From NCBI GenBank assembly GCA_016839555.1, contig JAEOUA010000003.1, positions 224,001-288,000 on the forward strand: DNA of 64,000 bases. Reading direction: 5' to 3'. Below the pieces are notes generated by a model that was not told the origin of the DNA, did not search any database, and worked only from the letters and a program-made list of their open reading frames with translations. This document shows positions 40,757 through 51,807 of this stretch, piece by piece (within the stretch, counting starts at the first letter, position 1; each line of letters starts with the position of its first letter). The DNA comes from Promethearchaeota archaeon. GTDB taxonomy: Archaea > Asgardarchaeota > Lokiarchaeia > Sigyniarchaeales > SOKP01. The position numbers and the translations under genes were made by a program.

Positions 40757-41083
40757 TTAAAAAATTTTTTTAAAAAATTCTATTTCTTTTTTTATTCTAA
40801 AATTTCTAATGAGATTTTCCTAAAAATGCCTAATATAGTTAGATTAAGTATTCTTCAGCTATAGGATTTTCATGGATACATTCTTTCAAAGAATATACTA
40901 TATTTTAAAGACGGAATTTGTATTTTAAAGCATAGATGAATTAAGAGCGTATATAAAAAAAATAGTCTTATAAAAATTAAAACATATATTAAATTGTAGC
41001 AATATGAGGATTTAATGATTTTTATTGCCCTTTCCAGCAATAGTTTTATCCTCAAAGAAGATTTTAAGCTAGGCTCTATTAAT

Positions 41084-42412
41084 TTAATCTATCTTATTTT
41101 TGTTCTTATTTTGAAGAAAATAGCACAGTAATAATAGTAGAAGTGATATTTCATTGATGAAAAAAAATATCCAATAAATAATTGGATTTAACGAAACTGC
41201 TTTTATATATCTTTGAATTAAGTAGGTTATCAAAAATATTATCAATAAAAAACTCATGAATGTTTTCAAATCTTTATGTTTCCGATTTAATTCTACAATA
41301 ATATTTCCAAGCTCAATTGCGCCTAAATAAAATATAATTGGAAAAAAATATAAAATCACTCTATAATCCAAATCAAATCCAATGATTGATACAAAAATAC
41401 TCAGATAAGCAAAATTCACACCTATAAATACAAATATAAAAAGAAATTGCTTCTTTTTGATATTTTTAATTAAAATATATATACTTAATATGGTAAAAAC
41501 CAATCCAATTAAAACAAATAAAAAATAGAATTCTAATGGAATTCCAAGAAGTATTCCATTTAATAATACTTGTATAAATGATGATATGCTTGAAAATAAA
41601 CTCGAATATAAATTAAGGTAAAAAGTATTTTGTACCTTCCAATTATAAAACGGATTTCCAAATCTATAATCACTAAATAATAACCAGAAAAAAAAAGATA
41701 ATATAAAAGCAAGGACTATAATCATAACTTTTTTTATGGATATGGTTTCAAATTTAAATTTAAAGATTTTTAATTTTGAGATAACAAAAAAAAATACAAT
41801 TATAATTGTACTAAAAAGTCCCGCAGTTAAAAGAGTGAGTGTCAGATATGAAATTGAAAGCGCTAAGAATATATTATCTTGTAATTTCATTTTTTCTTTT
41901 ATAATAGTAAAATAGAATATGATAATAATCAAAAGTGCTAATAGATTTTCTCTTAATCCTAAAGCTGAATCAATTATGAAGGGAAGAGAGAAAGATATTA
42001 AAAAACTTACGATTAACCCAGTATATTTTGATTTTTCTCTATTTTTCTTATTTTCTCCAAAATATTTCAGAGAAGCTTTAGTAAATATAATGTAAGAACA
42101 AATTATTAATAAAATACCAGAAGTAAATGAAGCTAATTTAGCAGATAAAATATAATTAGAATAAGTAGATACTATGTTATTATTTGTAGGGAATATCAAA
42201 TTGGTCAATAAAATAAATAAAACAATTAAAAGTGGAAAACCTGGTGGTCTTACTGAATAGTAAAAAACCTCAATTATACCTACGGCTCCACGTATATAAG
42301 TTGGAGTATCAAGAGCATCGGGAAGTGTTTTTAAATGGTATAACCTAATGAGAGACCCTATTATTAATACAATTAAAAACCAATAATCACTTGTTCCTAA
42401 TCTTTTTTTCAA
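41084..42412 (-). CDS. Polytopic membrane protein, GT-C (ArnT/PMT-like) glycosyltransferase
   Basis: IRL..D...Y..A...RPPGFPLL, LREN, RVIL; many TM segments. Confidence 0.65.
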   Translation of the reverse strand: MKKRLGTSDYWFLIVLIIGSLIRLYHLKTLPDALDTPTYIRGAVGIIEVFYYSVRPPGFPLLIVLFILLTNLIFPTNNNIVSTYSNYILSAKLASFTSGILLIICSYIIFTKASLKYFGENKKNREKSKYTGLIVSFLISFSLPFIIDSALGLRENLLALLIIIIFYFTIIKEKMKLQDNIFLALSISYLTLTLLTAGLFSTIIIVFFFVISKLKIFKFKFETISIKKVMIIVLAFILSFFFWLLFSDYRFGNPFYNWKVQNTFYLNLYSSLFSSISSFIQVLLNGILLGIPLEFYFLFVLIGLVFTILSIYILIKNIKKKQFLFIFVFIGVNFAYLSIFVSIIGFDLDYRVILYFFPIIFYLGAIELGNIIVELNRKHKDLKTFMSFLLIIFLITYLIQRYIKAVSLNPIIYWIFFFINEISLLLLLLCYFLQNKNKNKID

Positions 42413-42836
42413 TTTAAAAACCTTATAATAAAGTTTGATATTACACTTAAATTGTATTTATAACTTAAATCTTTCCTTTAATTAAATATTTTAAAAACTA
42501 TTCGATATTGATGAATAATTTTAACTTGATTTAAAATCTAATAATAATAATTCTTTTACATTATTTTTTCTATTGTGAGAGAATAATTTTTTTAATTATT
42601 ATTAAAATTAGTTAGTTATTATCTTATTATGATTCTTTCAAATTTTTATGAGTTTTCTTATTCTTAGTTATTTTAGAAATTAAAAACAAATTCAGCAAGA
42701 TTCTTTTCATACCTCTATAGAATGATCTACTTCCTTAATTCTTTTAAATTCCTTTAGCTTATTATAGAAACGAAAATTATTTAGATCTTATCAAACTTTC
42801 TACTAGAATAATTTTATTATCACAAAATAGCTAGAA

Positions 42837-43751
42837 TCATAGGATTTTCTCTAGTAATTTTAATATTTCAGTATTTAAATCTTTATTAGATGCAAAAAAT
42901 CCTGAACTTGCAATTACTAACTCATCATGCTTATATTGAAAATTATTTCCGTAAAAATCAGTGACCTTCCCCCCTGCTTCTCTTACCAAAAGATCTCCAG
43001 GACAAAAATCCCATATTTTGGGATTGGTAGTTAATGGGCGAAAATATATATCATACATTCCCTCTGCTACTTTACAAAACTTTACCATACTATCCATCGC
43101 AATTGTATTTTTAATTTGAGCCATTTCAATAAATTTATCGGATAATGGAGAATCATAATGAAGAGAATGACATAATATAGCTTGATTTAATTTTTTTTGA
43201 TTGCTTACATTAATTTTTTTAAATGATTCACCATCTTCCGATCTCCAAGCTCCTCCCTTATCAATTGCTTTATATATGATACTTTTTTGATTATGGATTG
43301 AAGGAACAGCAATTACTGATGCTTTAGGGATATAATTTTCCATGAACCCAATCCCTATTGCATATACTAATCCTTTTTTATATCCTATTGTTCCATCGAT
43401 TGGATCTATTGTCCATTGCCGATTTGAATTAGGACCTCTGTAAATTAGAGTTTCTCGAAGATTTACTATCTCTTTAATATCTAAGGAATCATAAGATTTT
43501 TTAATTAAAGATATAGTTTGAGGAGTTAATAATTGAATATTACTCTCTTCAGCGATAATTTGATCCTCAGGAAAGTTCTTTTTTATTCTTGAGATTATAT
43601 AGATTTGAGAAGCAAGATCAGCTATTGTTACTGGTGTATTATCAGTTTTCTGATAAGAATCAAAATTTTTTGTTTTAAGATATTCTGTTATATCTAATGC
43701 TTTTTTTGCTAAATTTATCGCGAGGGATACCTCATCATTAAATTTATGCAT
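42837..43751 (-). CDS. Inositol monophosphatase superfamily, 3'(2'),5'-bisphosphate nucleotidase (HAL2/CysQ-like)
   Basis: K.D.TPVTIAD, AEE, WTIDPIDGT, KIWD, EAGGKVTD; start placed at ATG 43751 (track gives 43817). Confidence 0.88.
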   Translation of the reverse strand: MHKFNDEVSLAINLAKKALDITEYLKTKNFDSYQKTDNTPVTIADLASQIYIISRIKKNFPEDQIIAEESNIQLLTPQTISLIKKSYDSLDIKEIVNLRETLIYRGPNSNRQWTIDPIDGTIGYKKGLVYAIGIGFMENYIPKASVIAVPSIHNQKSIIYKAIDKGGAWRSEDGESFKKINVSNQKKLNQAILCHSLHYDSPLSDKFIEMAQIKNTIAMDSMVKFCKVAEGMYDIYFRPLTTNPKIWDFCPGDLLVREAGGKVTDFYGNNFQYKHDELVIASSGFFASNKDLNTEILKLLEKIL

Positions 43752-43826
43752 ATAATAATTATAATACTTAATTATCAATAAATAGAACTTAAAGTTACGC
43801 TCCACATTCCGCACCAATCCAACAAA

Positions 43827-46664
43827 CTAATTGATCTTCTCCTTTTTTTCATTCATATTAATTTTAGATTCTGTTTGGATATATTTTTCAGGATTTTGCT
43901 TAAATTCTGTCAAACATGAAGGATTGCAGAAATAGTATTTTTCGCCCTTATATTCATATTCACTCCAATTTTCTGGCTTTCCCATCATCCCGCATACTGG
44001 ATCAACAACAAGTGCTTGCTCTTCTTTATCTTTCGATTTATGCATTAATTTGGGATCTATATTCTTGAAATCCTTATATTTTTCAGGATCTTGTTTAAAT
44101 TCAGCCAAACAAGAGGGATTGCAGAAATAATATTTCTCTCCTTTATATTCATACTCAATTGATTGACTAGGAATTATTTTCATACCGCAGATTGGGTCAA
44201 TCACTCTCTCTTCTTTTAATAATTTTTCTTCTTCAAGCTGCTGCTTTGTTTTAGGATTATACCGCTTTAAAAATAACGCATTAGTCACGACTGATACTGA
44301 ACTTGTTGCCATAAATACTGCTGCTAAATATGGAGGTAAGAAAAACCCAGCTAAATAATATAACAAACCAGCAGCAAGAGGAATTCCAATGATATTATAT
44401 ATAAATGCCCAAAATAGGTTGGTTATCATTTTACGATAAGTTTTTTTAGATAATTTTAATGCAGCAACAACATTGCGTAGATCTCCTCTCATTAATACAA
44501 TATCTGCAGTTTCGATTGCAATATCCGTCCCAGAACCTATTGCAATCCCTACATCCGCCTGTGCCAAGGCGGGGGCATCATTTATTCCATCTCCAACCAT
44601 CCCAATTATACGATTTTGATTAGATTCTTGCAACTGTTTAATTTTTAAAGCTTTATCATTAGGTAAAACTTCGGCGAGTATATTTTCTTCTTTAAAATCC
44701 AATTCTTTTCCAATATTAATTGCTGTTTTTCTATTATCTCCGGTGATCATAAAAAGGTCTAATCCTAATTTTTGGAGTTTCTCTAAAGCATAAGGGGCTT
44801 GTTCTTTTATTTTATCGGAAATTCCAATTAATCCTTTAATGGTGTCTTCTATACTTATGAATATTGTAGTTTTTCCTTGCTCTCTAAATTCATTAAATTT
44901 TTGCTCATAATTAGCTATAGAAACTGAATTCTCTTCCATTAATTTCTTATTTCCAACAAGAATTTTTCTATTATGAATAGTAGTTTTTATACCTTTTCCA
45001 GGAATCGCTTTAAAATCTTCGGGCTCATCCAAATTAAGTCCTCTTTGGTTTGCTTCTTCAATTATAGCGTAGCCAATTAGGTGCTCAGAACCCAATTCCG
45101 CACTGCCTGCATAATATAGCAATTGTTTCTCATCTATCCCCATTCCTTGCAAATCTTTTTCGGTAAATATTGCCGAGATCTTAGGTTTTCCAACTGTCAA
45201 TGTACCTGTCTTGTCAAATACAAGAGTATTTATATTCTGTATAGCCTCCAATGAATCGCCTCCTTTAATTAAAATCCCATTTTCGGCGCCTTTACCAGTA
45301 CCGACCATTACTGCAGTAGGTATTGCTAATCCTAAAGCGCATGGACATGAAATTACCACTACTGAAGTAAAAACTAATAAAGATAATTCAAGACCAATAT
45401 CAGCAAAAAAGAACCAATAGGAGAATGCAAATATGGCTATTGCTATTACAATCGGAACAAAATAATTGCTCACTCTATCCGCCAATTTTTGTTTTTCTGC
45501 TTTTCTACTTTGAGCTTTTTTAACAAATTCAATAATCTGTGATAATACAGTATATTTTCCTACTTTTTCTGTTTTTATATGAATTAATCCCGTTTGATTA
45601 ACAGTGGCTCCAATCACATTATCTTCTATTTCTTTTTTTACATATTCGCTTTCCCCTGTAATCATAGATTCATCTATTTTAGTTTCTCCTTTTATGATTT
45701 TCCCATCCACAGGGATTTTTTCCCCAGGTCTCACCACAATTATATCTCCAATCTCGATTTCCTCAATTGGAATTTCTGTTTCTTTTCCATCTTTTAATAA
45801 AGTCGCTGTTTTTGGTTGCAATCCAATTAATTTCTTTATTGCCTCAGAAGTTTGCCCTTTCGTTTTATGCTCAAAATACTTTCCAATTAATAGAAATGTT
45901 AAAATCATGCTCATAGCTTCATAAAATGTTGTTCCATCAATTAAAAATGTAGTAAGTATTGAATAAATATACGCTGTGGATGTGCCGAGAGCTACCAGAA
46001 CATCCATATTTGTAGATTTATTTCTAAGAGATTTATAAGCTCCCTTTAAAAAAAATGAACCTGCGATAATATAATTCGCGGTTGCCAGAAAAAATAAGAA
46101 TAGATTTCTGGTTAATGATTCCTCCATAAACCAGCTTATGGGGGTAATTATAAGACTAAATATTAATGAAATAAAAAGAATTCGTAATCTATATCTTAAT
46201 TCTTTTTGATGAGCTTCTATTTCTTTTTCCATTGCTCCTGCAGATTTCTCAATTTTATAACCTAAATTTTTGATCTCGGAATAAACTTCGTTCTCATCTA
46301 ACTCTAATTCATTAAACTCTATAAAAAGCTTTTTCGCATTAAAATTTCCTCTCACATTATAGATGCCTTTAATTAATTCTACATCTTGAACTATAGTATC
46401 GAATTGATTTTCAGAAATAGCATCTACTATTTTTATGTCTATCTTTGAGAGCGATGCTTTATATCCCAAATCAAAAATTGCTTTATTAAAATTATTATAT
46501 CCCGTTCTAGATGGATCATATTCCACAGTTGCTTCTTCATTCGCAAAATTTACAACCGAAGAATTAACACCCTCTAAATTCTTTAATTTTGTTTCAATTT
46601 TTAATGCACATGATGCACAAGTCATTCCACCGAGTTTAATTTTTACGCTTTTGCGTTCGCTCAA
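43827..46664 (-). CDS. copA: Cu(I)-translocating P1B-type ATPase with C-terminal tandem YHS/TRASH domains
   Basis: [29 protein letters not shown] and MATSS; two DP.CGM...[13 protein letters not shown] repeats. Confidence 0.95.
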   Translation of the reverse strand: MSERKSVKIKLGGMTCASCALKIETKLKNLEGVNSSVVNFANEEATVEYDPSRTGYNNFNKAIFDLGYKASLSKIDIKIVDAISENQFDTIVQDVELIKGIYNVRGNFNAKKLFIEFNELELDENEVYSEIKNLGYKIEKSAGAMEKEIEAHQKELRYRLRILFISLIFSLIITPISWFMEESLTRNLFLFFLATANYIIAGSFFLKGAYKSLRNKSTNMDVLVALGTSTAYIYSILTTFLIDGTTFYEAMSMILTFLLIGKYFEHKTKGQTSEAIKKLIGLQPKTATLLKDGKETEIPIEEIEIGDIIVVRPGEKIPVDGKIIKGETKIDESMITGESEYVKKEIEDNVIGATVNQTGLIHIKTEKVGKYTVLSQIIEFVKKAQSRKAEKQKLADRVSNYFVPIVIAIAIFAFSYWFFFADIGLELSLLVFTSVVVISCPCALGLAIPTAVMVGTGKGAENGILIKGGDSLEAIQNINTLVFDKTGTLTVGKPKISAIFTEKDLQGMGIDEKQLLYYAGSAELGSEHLIGYAIIEEANQRGLNLDEPEDFKAIPGKGIKTTIHNRKILVGNKKLMEENSVSIANYEQKFNEFREQGKTTIFISIEDTIKGLIGISDKIKEQAPYALEKLQKLGLDLFMITGDNRKTAINIGKELDFKEENILAEVLPNDKALKIKQLQESNQNRIIGMVGDGINDAPALAQADVGIAIGSGTDIAIETADIVLMRGDLRNVVAALKLSKKTYRKMITNLFWAFIYNIIGIPLAAGLLYYLAGFFLPPYLAAVFMATSSVSVVTNALFLKRYNPKTKQQLEEEKLLKEERVIDPICGMKIIPSQSIEYEYKGEKYYFCNPSCLAEFKQDPEKYKDFKNIDPKLMHKSKDKEEQALVVDPVCGMMGKPENWSEYEYKGEKYYFCNPSCLTEFKQNPEKYIQTESKINMNEKKEKIN
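43870..44200 (-). repeat. Intragenic tandem duplication encoding two YHS/TRASH domains (approximate limits)
   Basis: ggattgcagaaata..tattt..c.cc.ttatattcata occurs near 43921 and 44116; both copies encode [25 protein letters not shown]. Confidence 0.85.
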
Positions 46665-46989
46665 AAAATTTCACCACATATTAATTTTTGTTTATTTAAT
46701 CAGATTTTTTTAAAAAAAGTGAATCTCAAAATATTCTATTAAATTAAGATTATCCAATAAGTTAAATGATTTGTTTATGATAAATAAATTGCGGGATAAG
46801 AGCGAAATTTTTTAATAAGGATCTTAATTTTCTGATTTATATTTAAAAAATCAAACCATGGAGAAAATCAAAATATATATAAGGTTGTGATTAAAGTTTC
46901 ACTAATAAAAAATCACTCTATAAGAATTATATATAACCTCATCTTATCATTCAATAAACAAAAATATTAAATTTTGGAGAATAAAGAAA

Positions 46990-47367
46990 ATGGCAGAAAA
47001 AAAGGATGATGACATCTATCATTCAACTTTTATGTATAAAGAAAGCCATGATATTTTAGAAAAGTGTATATTAAACGAGGATGAAATGTGCGAATATCTT
47101 GAAAGAACAGAACATATTGATCCTAAAGAGGAACATGATCACCTGTATTCAGTAATGACAAATGAAATGAGACGGGAGCTTCTAAAATTTATAGACATTA
47201 ATGCAAGATCTTTTGATGAAATAAAGGATAAGTTCCAAATAGAGGATCAGCTATTGAATTATCATTTATCTATGCTAGAACAATTATTTTTTCTCATGAA
47301 TACAGAAAGTGGGTGGAAAGCAACCCCCAGAGGACTAGGATTTTTATATTATACTATCTTGAAATAG
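46990..47367 (+). CDS. Winged-helix (ArsR-like) protein, paralog 1
   Basis: NEMRRELLKFI..SFDEIKDKF..LNYHLSMLE..W.ATPRG. Confidence 0.75.
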   Translation: MAEKKDDDIYHSTFMYKESHDILEKCILNEDEMCEYLERTEHIDPKEEHDHLYSVMTNEMRRELLKFIDINARSFDEIKDKFQIEDQLLNYHLSMLEQLFFLMNTESGWKATPRGLGFLYYTILK

Positions 47368-47535
47368 TAAGCAGTTAAATTCAAAATAGGCTCAATAGAA
47401 ATCAGAATAATGAAAGTTTCTTCGTTCTATCATTTAATTAAACACAATTCTATTTTTTTTATTTAGAAAATAAAAATTTGATTTCTATTAATTTATAAGG
47501 ATCTTAAATATAAATTATATTAATTTTCATTTAAT

Positions 47536-47901
47536 ATGAAAGAGGAAAATAAAAATGATATTTCCTCCTTTAAGGGAGAAAAAGAAGTTTTAGAAAATTG
47601 TAAATTAACAGAAGAGGAAATGAAAAAATATTTAGAATTATTTGAAGGAACGAACCATAAGCTGGATCATGCCCGGGCTTATAGAACAATGATGAATCAA
47701 ATAAGACGGGAGATCCTAAATTTTGTGGGCAGTAATGTTAAATCTTTTGATGAGATAAAGGATAAGTTTCAACTAGATGAAAATCAATTGCAATATCATT
47801 TATCTATGCTAGAACAATTATTATACCTCATGAATACTGCAAGTGGGTGGAAAGCAACCCCCAGAGGGCTTGCATTTTTATATAATACTATTCTAGAGTA
47901 G
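47536..47901 (+). CDS. Winged-helix (ArsR-like) protein, paralog 2
   Basis: NQIRREILNFV..SFDEIKDKF..LQYHLSMLE..W.ATPRG; shares exact DNA runs with paralog 1. Confidence 0.75.
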   Translation: MKEENKNDISSFKGEKEVLENCKLTEEEMKKYLELFEGTNHKLDHARAYRTMMNQIRREILNFVGSNVKSFDEIKDKFQLDENQLQYHLSMLEQLLYLMNTASGWKATPRGLAFLYNTILE

Positions 47902-48129
47902 TAAGGAATTATTTGTAAAAGAAGAATAATATAATAATTTAATGACTAAGTAAGAATTAAACCTTCTTTAAAATCAATTTAACTAATTCTAAATATTATT
48001 TGGATAGTTATTTGCTTATCAGAGAATATTAATATTTTATAAAAATAAGTGTTAAATTGTATCCTCATTTAGCAAAATTTAATAATTAATTAGATAAAAA
48101 TTAATTAGAAATCTAAAAGGTTATAAAAT

Positions 48130-48801
48130 ATGTCAGAACAACATAAGGTTGGAATTCCTCTCTTAGGAGACCCGTTTCCAAAAATGACGGTAACTACGAC
48201 ATTTGGTGTATTTAACTTGCCAGAAGATGCAACCGAAAATGGTAAGTATTGGGTTGTGTTATTTAGTCATCCCGCAGATTTTACTCCCGTATGTACGACT
48301 GAGTTTCATGCTTTTGCAAAACGTAATGATAAATTTCAGGAATTAAATACACGTTTAATTGGATTATCTATTGATCAAGTATATTCTCATATTAAATGGG
48401 GAGAATGGATCAAAGATAACTTGGATACGGAGATTCCATTCCCAATAATCGCGGACCACGGACAAGTAGCTACTACATTAGGAATGGTACATCCAGGAAA
48501 AGGAACATCAACAGTAAGAAGTGTATTTATAATTGACCCACAAGGTATTATCCGCATTATACTTTATTATCCTCAGGAAATCGGAAGAAACATGGACGAA
48601 ATATTGCGATGTGTGAAAGCTTTGCAAACAGCAGATAAAAACAAAGTTGCTATACCCGCAAATTGGCCAAATAACGAATTATTTGGAGATCATGTGATTG
48701 TGCCACCAGCAAAAGATGTGAAAACCGCAAAGGAGCGGCTTGCCAACGCAGGAAAAGATTATGAATGCTTGGATTGGTGGCTATGCCATAAGAAATTATA
48801 A
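48130..48801 (+). CDS. Peroxiredoxin, Prx6 / archaeal TDXH type
   Basis: [29 protein letters not shown]-terminal CLDWWLC. Confidence 0.95.
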   Translation: MSEQHKVGIPLLGDPFPKMTVTTTFGVFNLPEDATENGKYWVVLFSHPADFTPVCTTEFHAFAKRNDKFQELNTRLIGLSIDQVYSHIKWGEWIKDNLDTEIPFPIIADHGQVATTLGMVHPGKGTSTVRSVFIIDPQGIIRIILYYPQEIGRNMDEILRCVKALQTADKNKVAIPANWPNNELFGDHVIVPPAKDVKTAKERLANAGKDYECLDWWLCHKKL

Positions 48802-48807
48802 ATCCTA

Positions 48808-48834
48808 TTTTTCTCTTTTTTTTTCTATTTTTTC
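48808..48834 (+). terminator. Oligo(T) archaeal-type terminator after peroxiredoxin
   Basis: Long T-rich tract right after the stop; similar tracts follow the genes ending at 27688 and 29444. Confidence 0.5.
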
Positions 48835-48979
48835 TGATAGCAAAAAAATCATTTGTAAAGGCCTTGTTAATTTTTATAAAACCTAATATAAAGACTAATT
48901 TTTTATTATATAAAACTTAAAAAATTATTTCCAGTCTATATATAATAATAGGTATTAAACCAATAGAGATGTGATAGTA

Positions 48980-49429
48980 ATGGCAGAATCAAAATCAGAA
49001 GAAATAAGTACAGAAGTAGGACTTAAATTAAAAGAAAAAATGATTTTTAAATGTGATCTGGGTGAAATGAAGGTAAAAGATTGTTATATTGATGAAACAC
49101 ATAAGACAGAAGCAGATATGTGGGGTCCAAATCCCTCTCGAATGTTAGGGATGGCAATATTAGGCTGTCTAAGTGCTAGTTTTATGTTTTGCTTGAAAAA
49201 AAGAGAATTTCAAATAGAAGATCTTAATGCCAACGCAAAAGTGACAGTAGCGAGGAATGAGAAGGGATTTTGGAGAGTAAAAAAAATTGATGTCACCATA
49301 GAGCCCAAAATTGACACCCCTGAAATGCGTAAACGCGCAGATCAATGTAAAAAATTTTTTGAAGATTATTGTGTAGTCACTCAAGCTGTACGGGAAGGAA
49401 TTAATATAGAAGTTGATTTAAAATATTAA
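48980..49429 (+). CDS. OsmC/Ohr family protein
   Basis: GPNP...A.LGCL, second Cys in YCVVTQAV. Confidence 0.85.
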   Translation: MAESKSEEISTEVGLKLKEKMIFKCDLGEMKVKDCYIDETHKTEADMWGPNPSRMLGMAILGCLSASFMFCLKKREFQIEDLNANAKVTVARNEKGFWRVKKIDVTIEPKIDTPEMRKRADQCKKFFEDYCVVTQAVREGINIEVDLKY

Positions 49430-49575
49430 ATTTTAACTCTGTTTATTTTAAGTTATTAAGTCAATTTTTTCAATAAATTTTTCAATAGTTATCTTAATTT
49501 TTTTGCGATTAAATCTTATTATTATTATCTTATCAAATCTTAATATAATAAAGATAGGTTGCAACCTTTAAAATC

Positions 49576-50757
49576 ATGAATAATAACAATGACCTCTATT
49601 CTAAATTAGGAGTCTCATCCAATAAAGAGGATGTTCACAAAGCAATTCAAAATATTGATAAAGGTTTATTTCCGGGGGCTTTTTGTAAAATAGTAACAGA
49701 TATTAGGAATAGAGATGAGTTTTGCTCAATATTTCATACTGATGGCGCAGGAACAAAAGCCAGCCTTGCGTATATGTATTATAAGGAAACAGGAGATCTT
49801 TCTGTTTTTAAAGGAATAGTGAAAGATGCGGTTACTATGAATATTGATGATTTACTCTGTGTTGGAGCTACTGGCCCTGTTTTTTTGTCAAATGCTATTG
49901 GAAGAAATAATAAACTAATATCAGGGGATATAATTTCAATACTTATCAATGAATATTCTGATTATTGTGAAGAATTGTCCTCATGGGGGTTAAACACAAT
50001 CCCTTGTGGTGGTGAAACTGCAGATGTAGACGATTTGGTAAAAACTATCATGGTAGATGCGACTGTATTTACCACTATGAGGCGAGAGCATGTGATTGAT
50101 GCTAGTAAAATTAACAATAAAGATATTATTATAGGACTTGCAAGTTTTGGAAAAAGTAACTATGAAATAGAATATAATAGCGGAATTGGAAGCAATGGAC
50201 TAACATTAGCCAGACATGGAACCCTTTCTCATATTTATTATGAAAAATATCCTGAATGTTATGATAAAAATCTAGATGAAGAGTTGGTATTTTTTGGAAA
50301 GTATGAATTGAGGGATAAAGCGAAGGGATTAGAATTATCTGTTGGAAAAGCATTATTATCACCTACAAGAACTTATACTCCAATAGTTCTTGAAATTTTA
50401 AAATCCTATAGAAAAGAAATTAATGGAATTATTCACAATACCGGAGGTGGTCAAACAAAAGTACTCAAATTTGGTGCTGGAATAAAATATGTAAAAGATA
50501 ATCTTTTTGAGTCCCCTCCAATATTTAAAATAATCCGAGAATCCTCAAATAGTTCATGGAAAGAAATGTATCAAGTTTTTAATATGGGACATCTTATGGA
50601 AATTTATTGTAATGAGTCCGTGTGTGATGATATTATAAATATAGCAAGAAGATATGGAGTAGATGCGAAAGTAATAGGCAATTGCGAGAAGTCCCCACTT
50701 AAGAATAAAAATATATTAGAAATAATAACTCCTTTTGGAACATTAGAATATAAATAA
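49576..50757 (+). CDS. purM: Phosphoribosylformylglycinamidine cyclo-ligase (AIR synthase)
   Basis: GVSSNKEDVH, DGAGTK, MNIDDLLCVGA, GGETAD, SNGLTLAR, LLSPTRTY, HNTGGG, MYQVFNMG. Confidence 0.88.
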   Translation: MNNNNDLYSKLGVSSNKEDVHKAIQNIDKGLFPGAFCKIVTDIRNRDEFCSIFHTDGAGTKASLAYMYYKETGDLSVFKGIVKDAVTMNIDDLLCVGATGPVFLSNAIGRNNKLISGDIISILINEYSDYCEELSSWGLNTIPCGGETADVDDLVKTIMVDATVFTTMRREHVIDASKINNKDIIIGLASFGKSNYEIEYNSGIGSNGLTLARHGTLSHIYYEKYPECYDKNLDEELVFFGKYELRDKAKGLELSVGKALLSPTRTYTPIVLEILKSYRKEINGIIHNTGGGQTKVLKFGAGIKYVKDNLFESPPIFKIIRESSNSSWKEMYQVFNMGHLMEIYCNESVCDDIINIARRYGVDAKVIGNCEKSPLKNKNILEIITPFGTLEYK

Positions 50758-50786
50758 TTTAAAAATCATTAAAGAAAAGAATTTTT

Positions 50787-51749
50787 ATGGAAAAGATTGA
50801 CGTAATTTGTATTGGCGCGGCATTAGTTGATATGATTGCAAAAGTTGAGAGATTTCCATTAGATGATGACGAAGTCTTTGTCTCAGATTTAAAAATATTA
50901 TCAGGAGGCGCTGCCGCAAATACAGCAGCCGCTTGTAGTATTTTAGGTTTAAATGTAGCTTTTATTGGAAAATTAGGAACAGATGATGAATTTGGGAGAA
51001 AAATTATTAAAGATTTTGAAAAAGTATCTGTTAAGACTGATTATATTAAATATTCAGACCAACATAGTACGGGATCTGCCTATGTAGCGCTAAATAAACA
51101 GAATAAGACTAGACGCATTTTTGCACATAGTGGAGCAGCAAATTATTTATCACAAACAGATATAAAAGAAGAGGAATTAATTACCACGAAATTAATATAT
51201 TTAAGTAGCCTAAAGAATTTAGTTCCTTTCATAGAAGCAGGCAAAATTGGAAAGCAATATAGGATTCCCGTTGTGTTAAATCCCGGCATGTTAATAATCG
51301 AGCAAAAATTGGATAAAATTAAAGACTTATTGCAATATATAGATATTTTAATATTATCAAAACATGAATATGCAACATTATTTAATCTAAAAAATAAAAA
51401 GTTCTCAGAAAAGACTTATATTGAAATAAGTGAAGAATTAAAGCAGTTAGGGATAAAAGTTATTATTATAACTTTGGGAAAAAAAGGAGCACTCTTAATC
51501 TATGAAGATGATTCCCATATCTCACCAACAATAAAGATTGAGAAGATCGTAGATACTACTGGTGCTGGCGACGCCTTTTCGGCAGGTTTTATGTACGAAT
51601 ATTTGCTTTTAAAGGATCTTACTTTTGATAATTTAATTAAATGTGTTAAGATTGGAAATTTTGTCGCTGGAAAATGTATACAGAAATTAGGAGCAAGATA
51701 CGGTATCCCATCTCGAGAAGAACTTGAACAATTTCAAAAAAAGTTTTAA
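50787..51749 (+). CDS. PfkB family carbohydrate/nucleoside kinase
   Basis: GGAAANTA, ITLGKKGA, DTTGAGDAF. Confidence 0.92.
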   Translation: MEKIDVICIGAALVDMIAKVERFPLDDDEVFVSDLKILSGGAAANTAAACSILGLNVAFIGKLGTDDEFGRKIIKDFEKVSVKTDYIKYSDQHSTGSAYVALNKQNKTRRIFAHSGAANYLSQTDIKEEELITTKLIYLSSLKNLVPFIEAGKIGKQYRIPVVLNPGMLIIEQKLDKIKDLLQYIDILILSKHEYATLFNLKNKKFSEKTYIEISEELKQLGIKVIIITLGKKGALLIYEDDSHISPTIKIEKIVDTTGAGDAFSAGFMYEYLLLKDLTFDNLIKCVKIGNFVAGKCIQKLGARYGIPSREELEQFQKKF

Positions 51750-51807
51750 AATATTTCTAGTTTTATTTTATTATTATTTAAACGATAATTTTTAATGTGA
51801 ATTATTA

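Noticed and set aside
40870-41055. 61-aa minus-strand intergenic ORF
   Set aside because: Low-complexity I/L/F/Y content typical of AT-rich non-coding DNA
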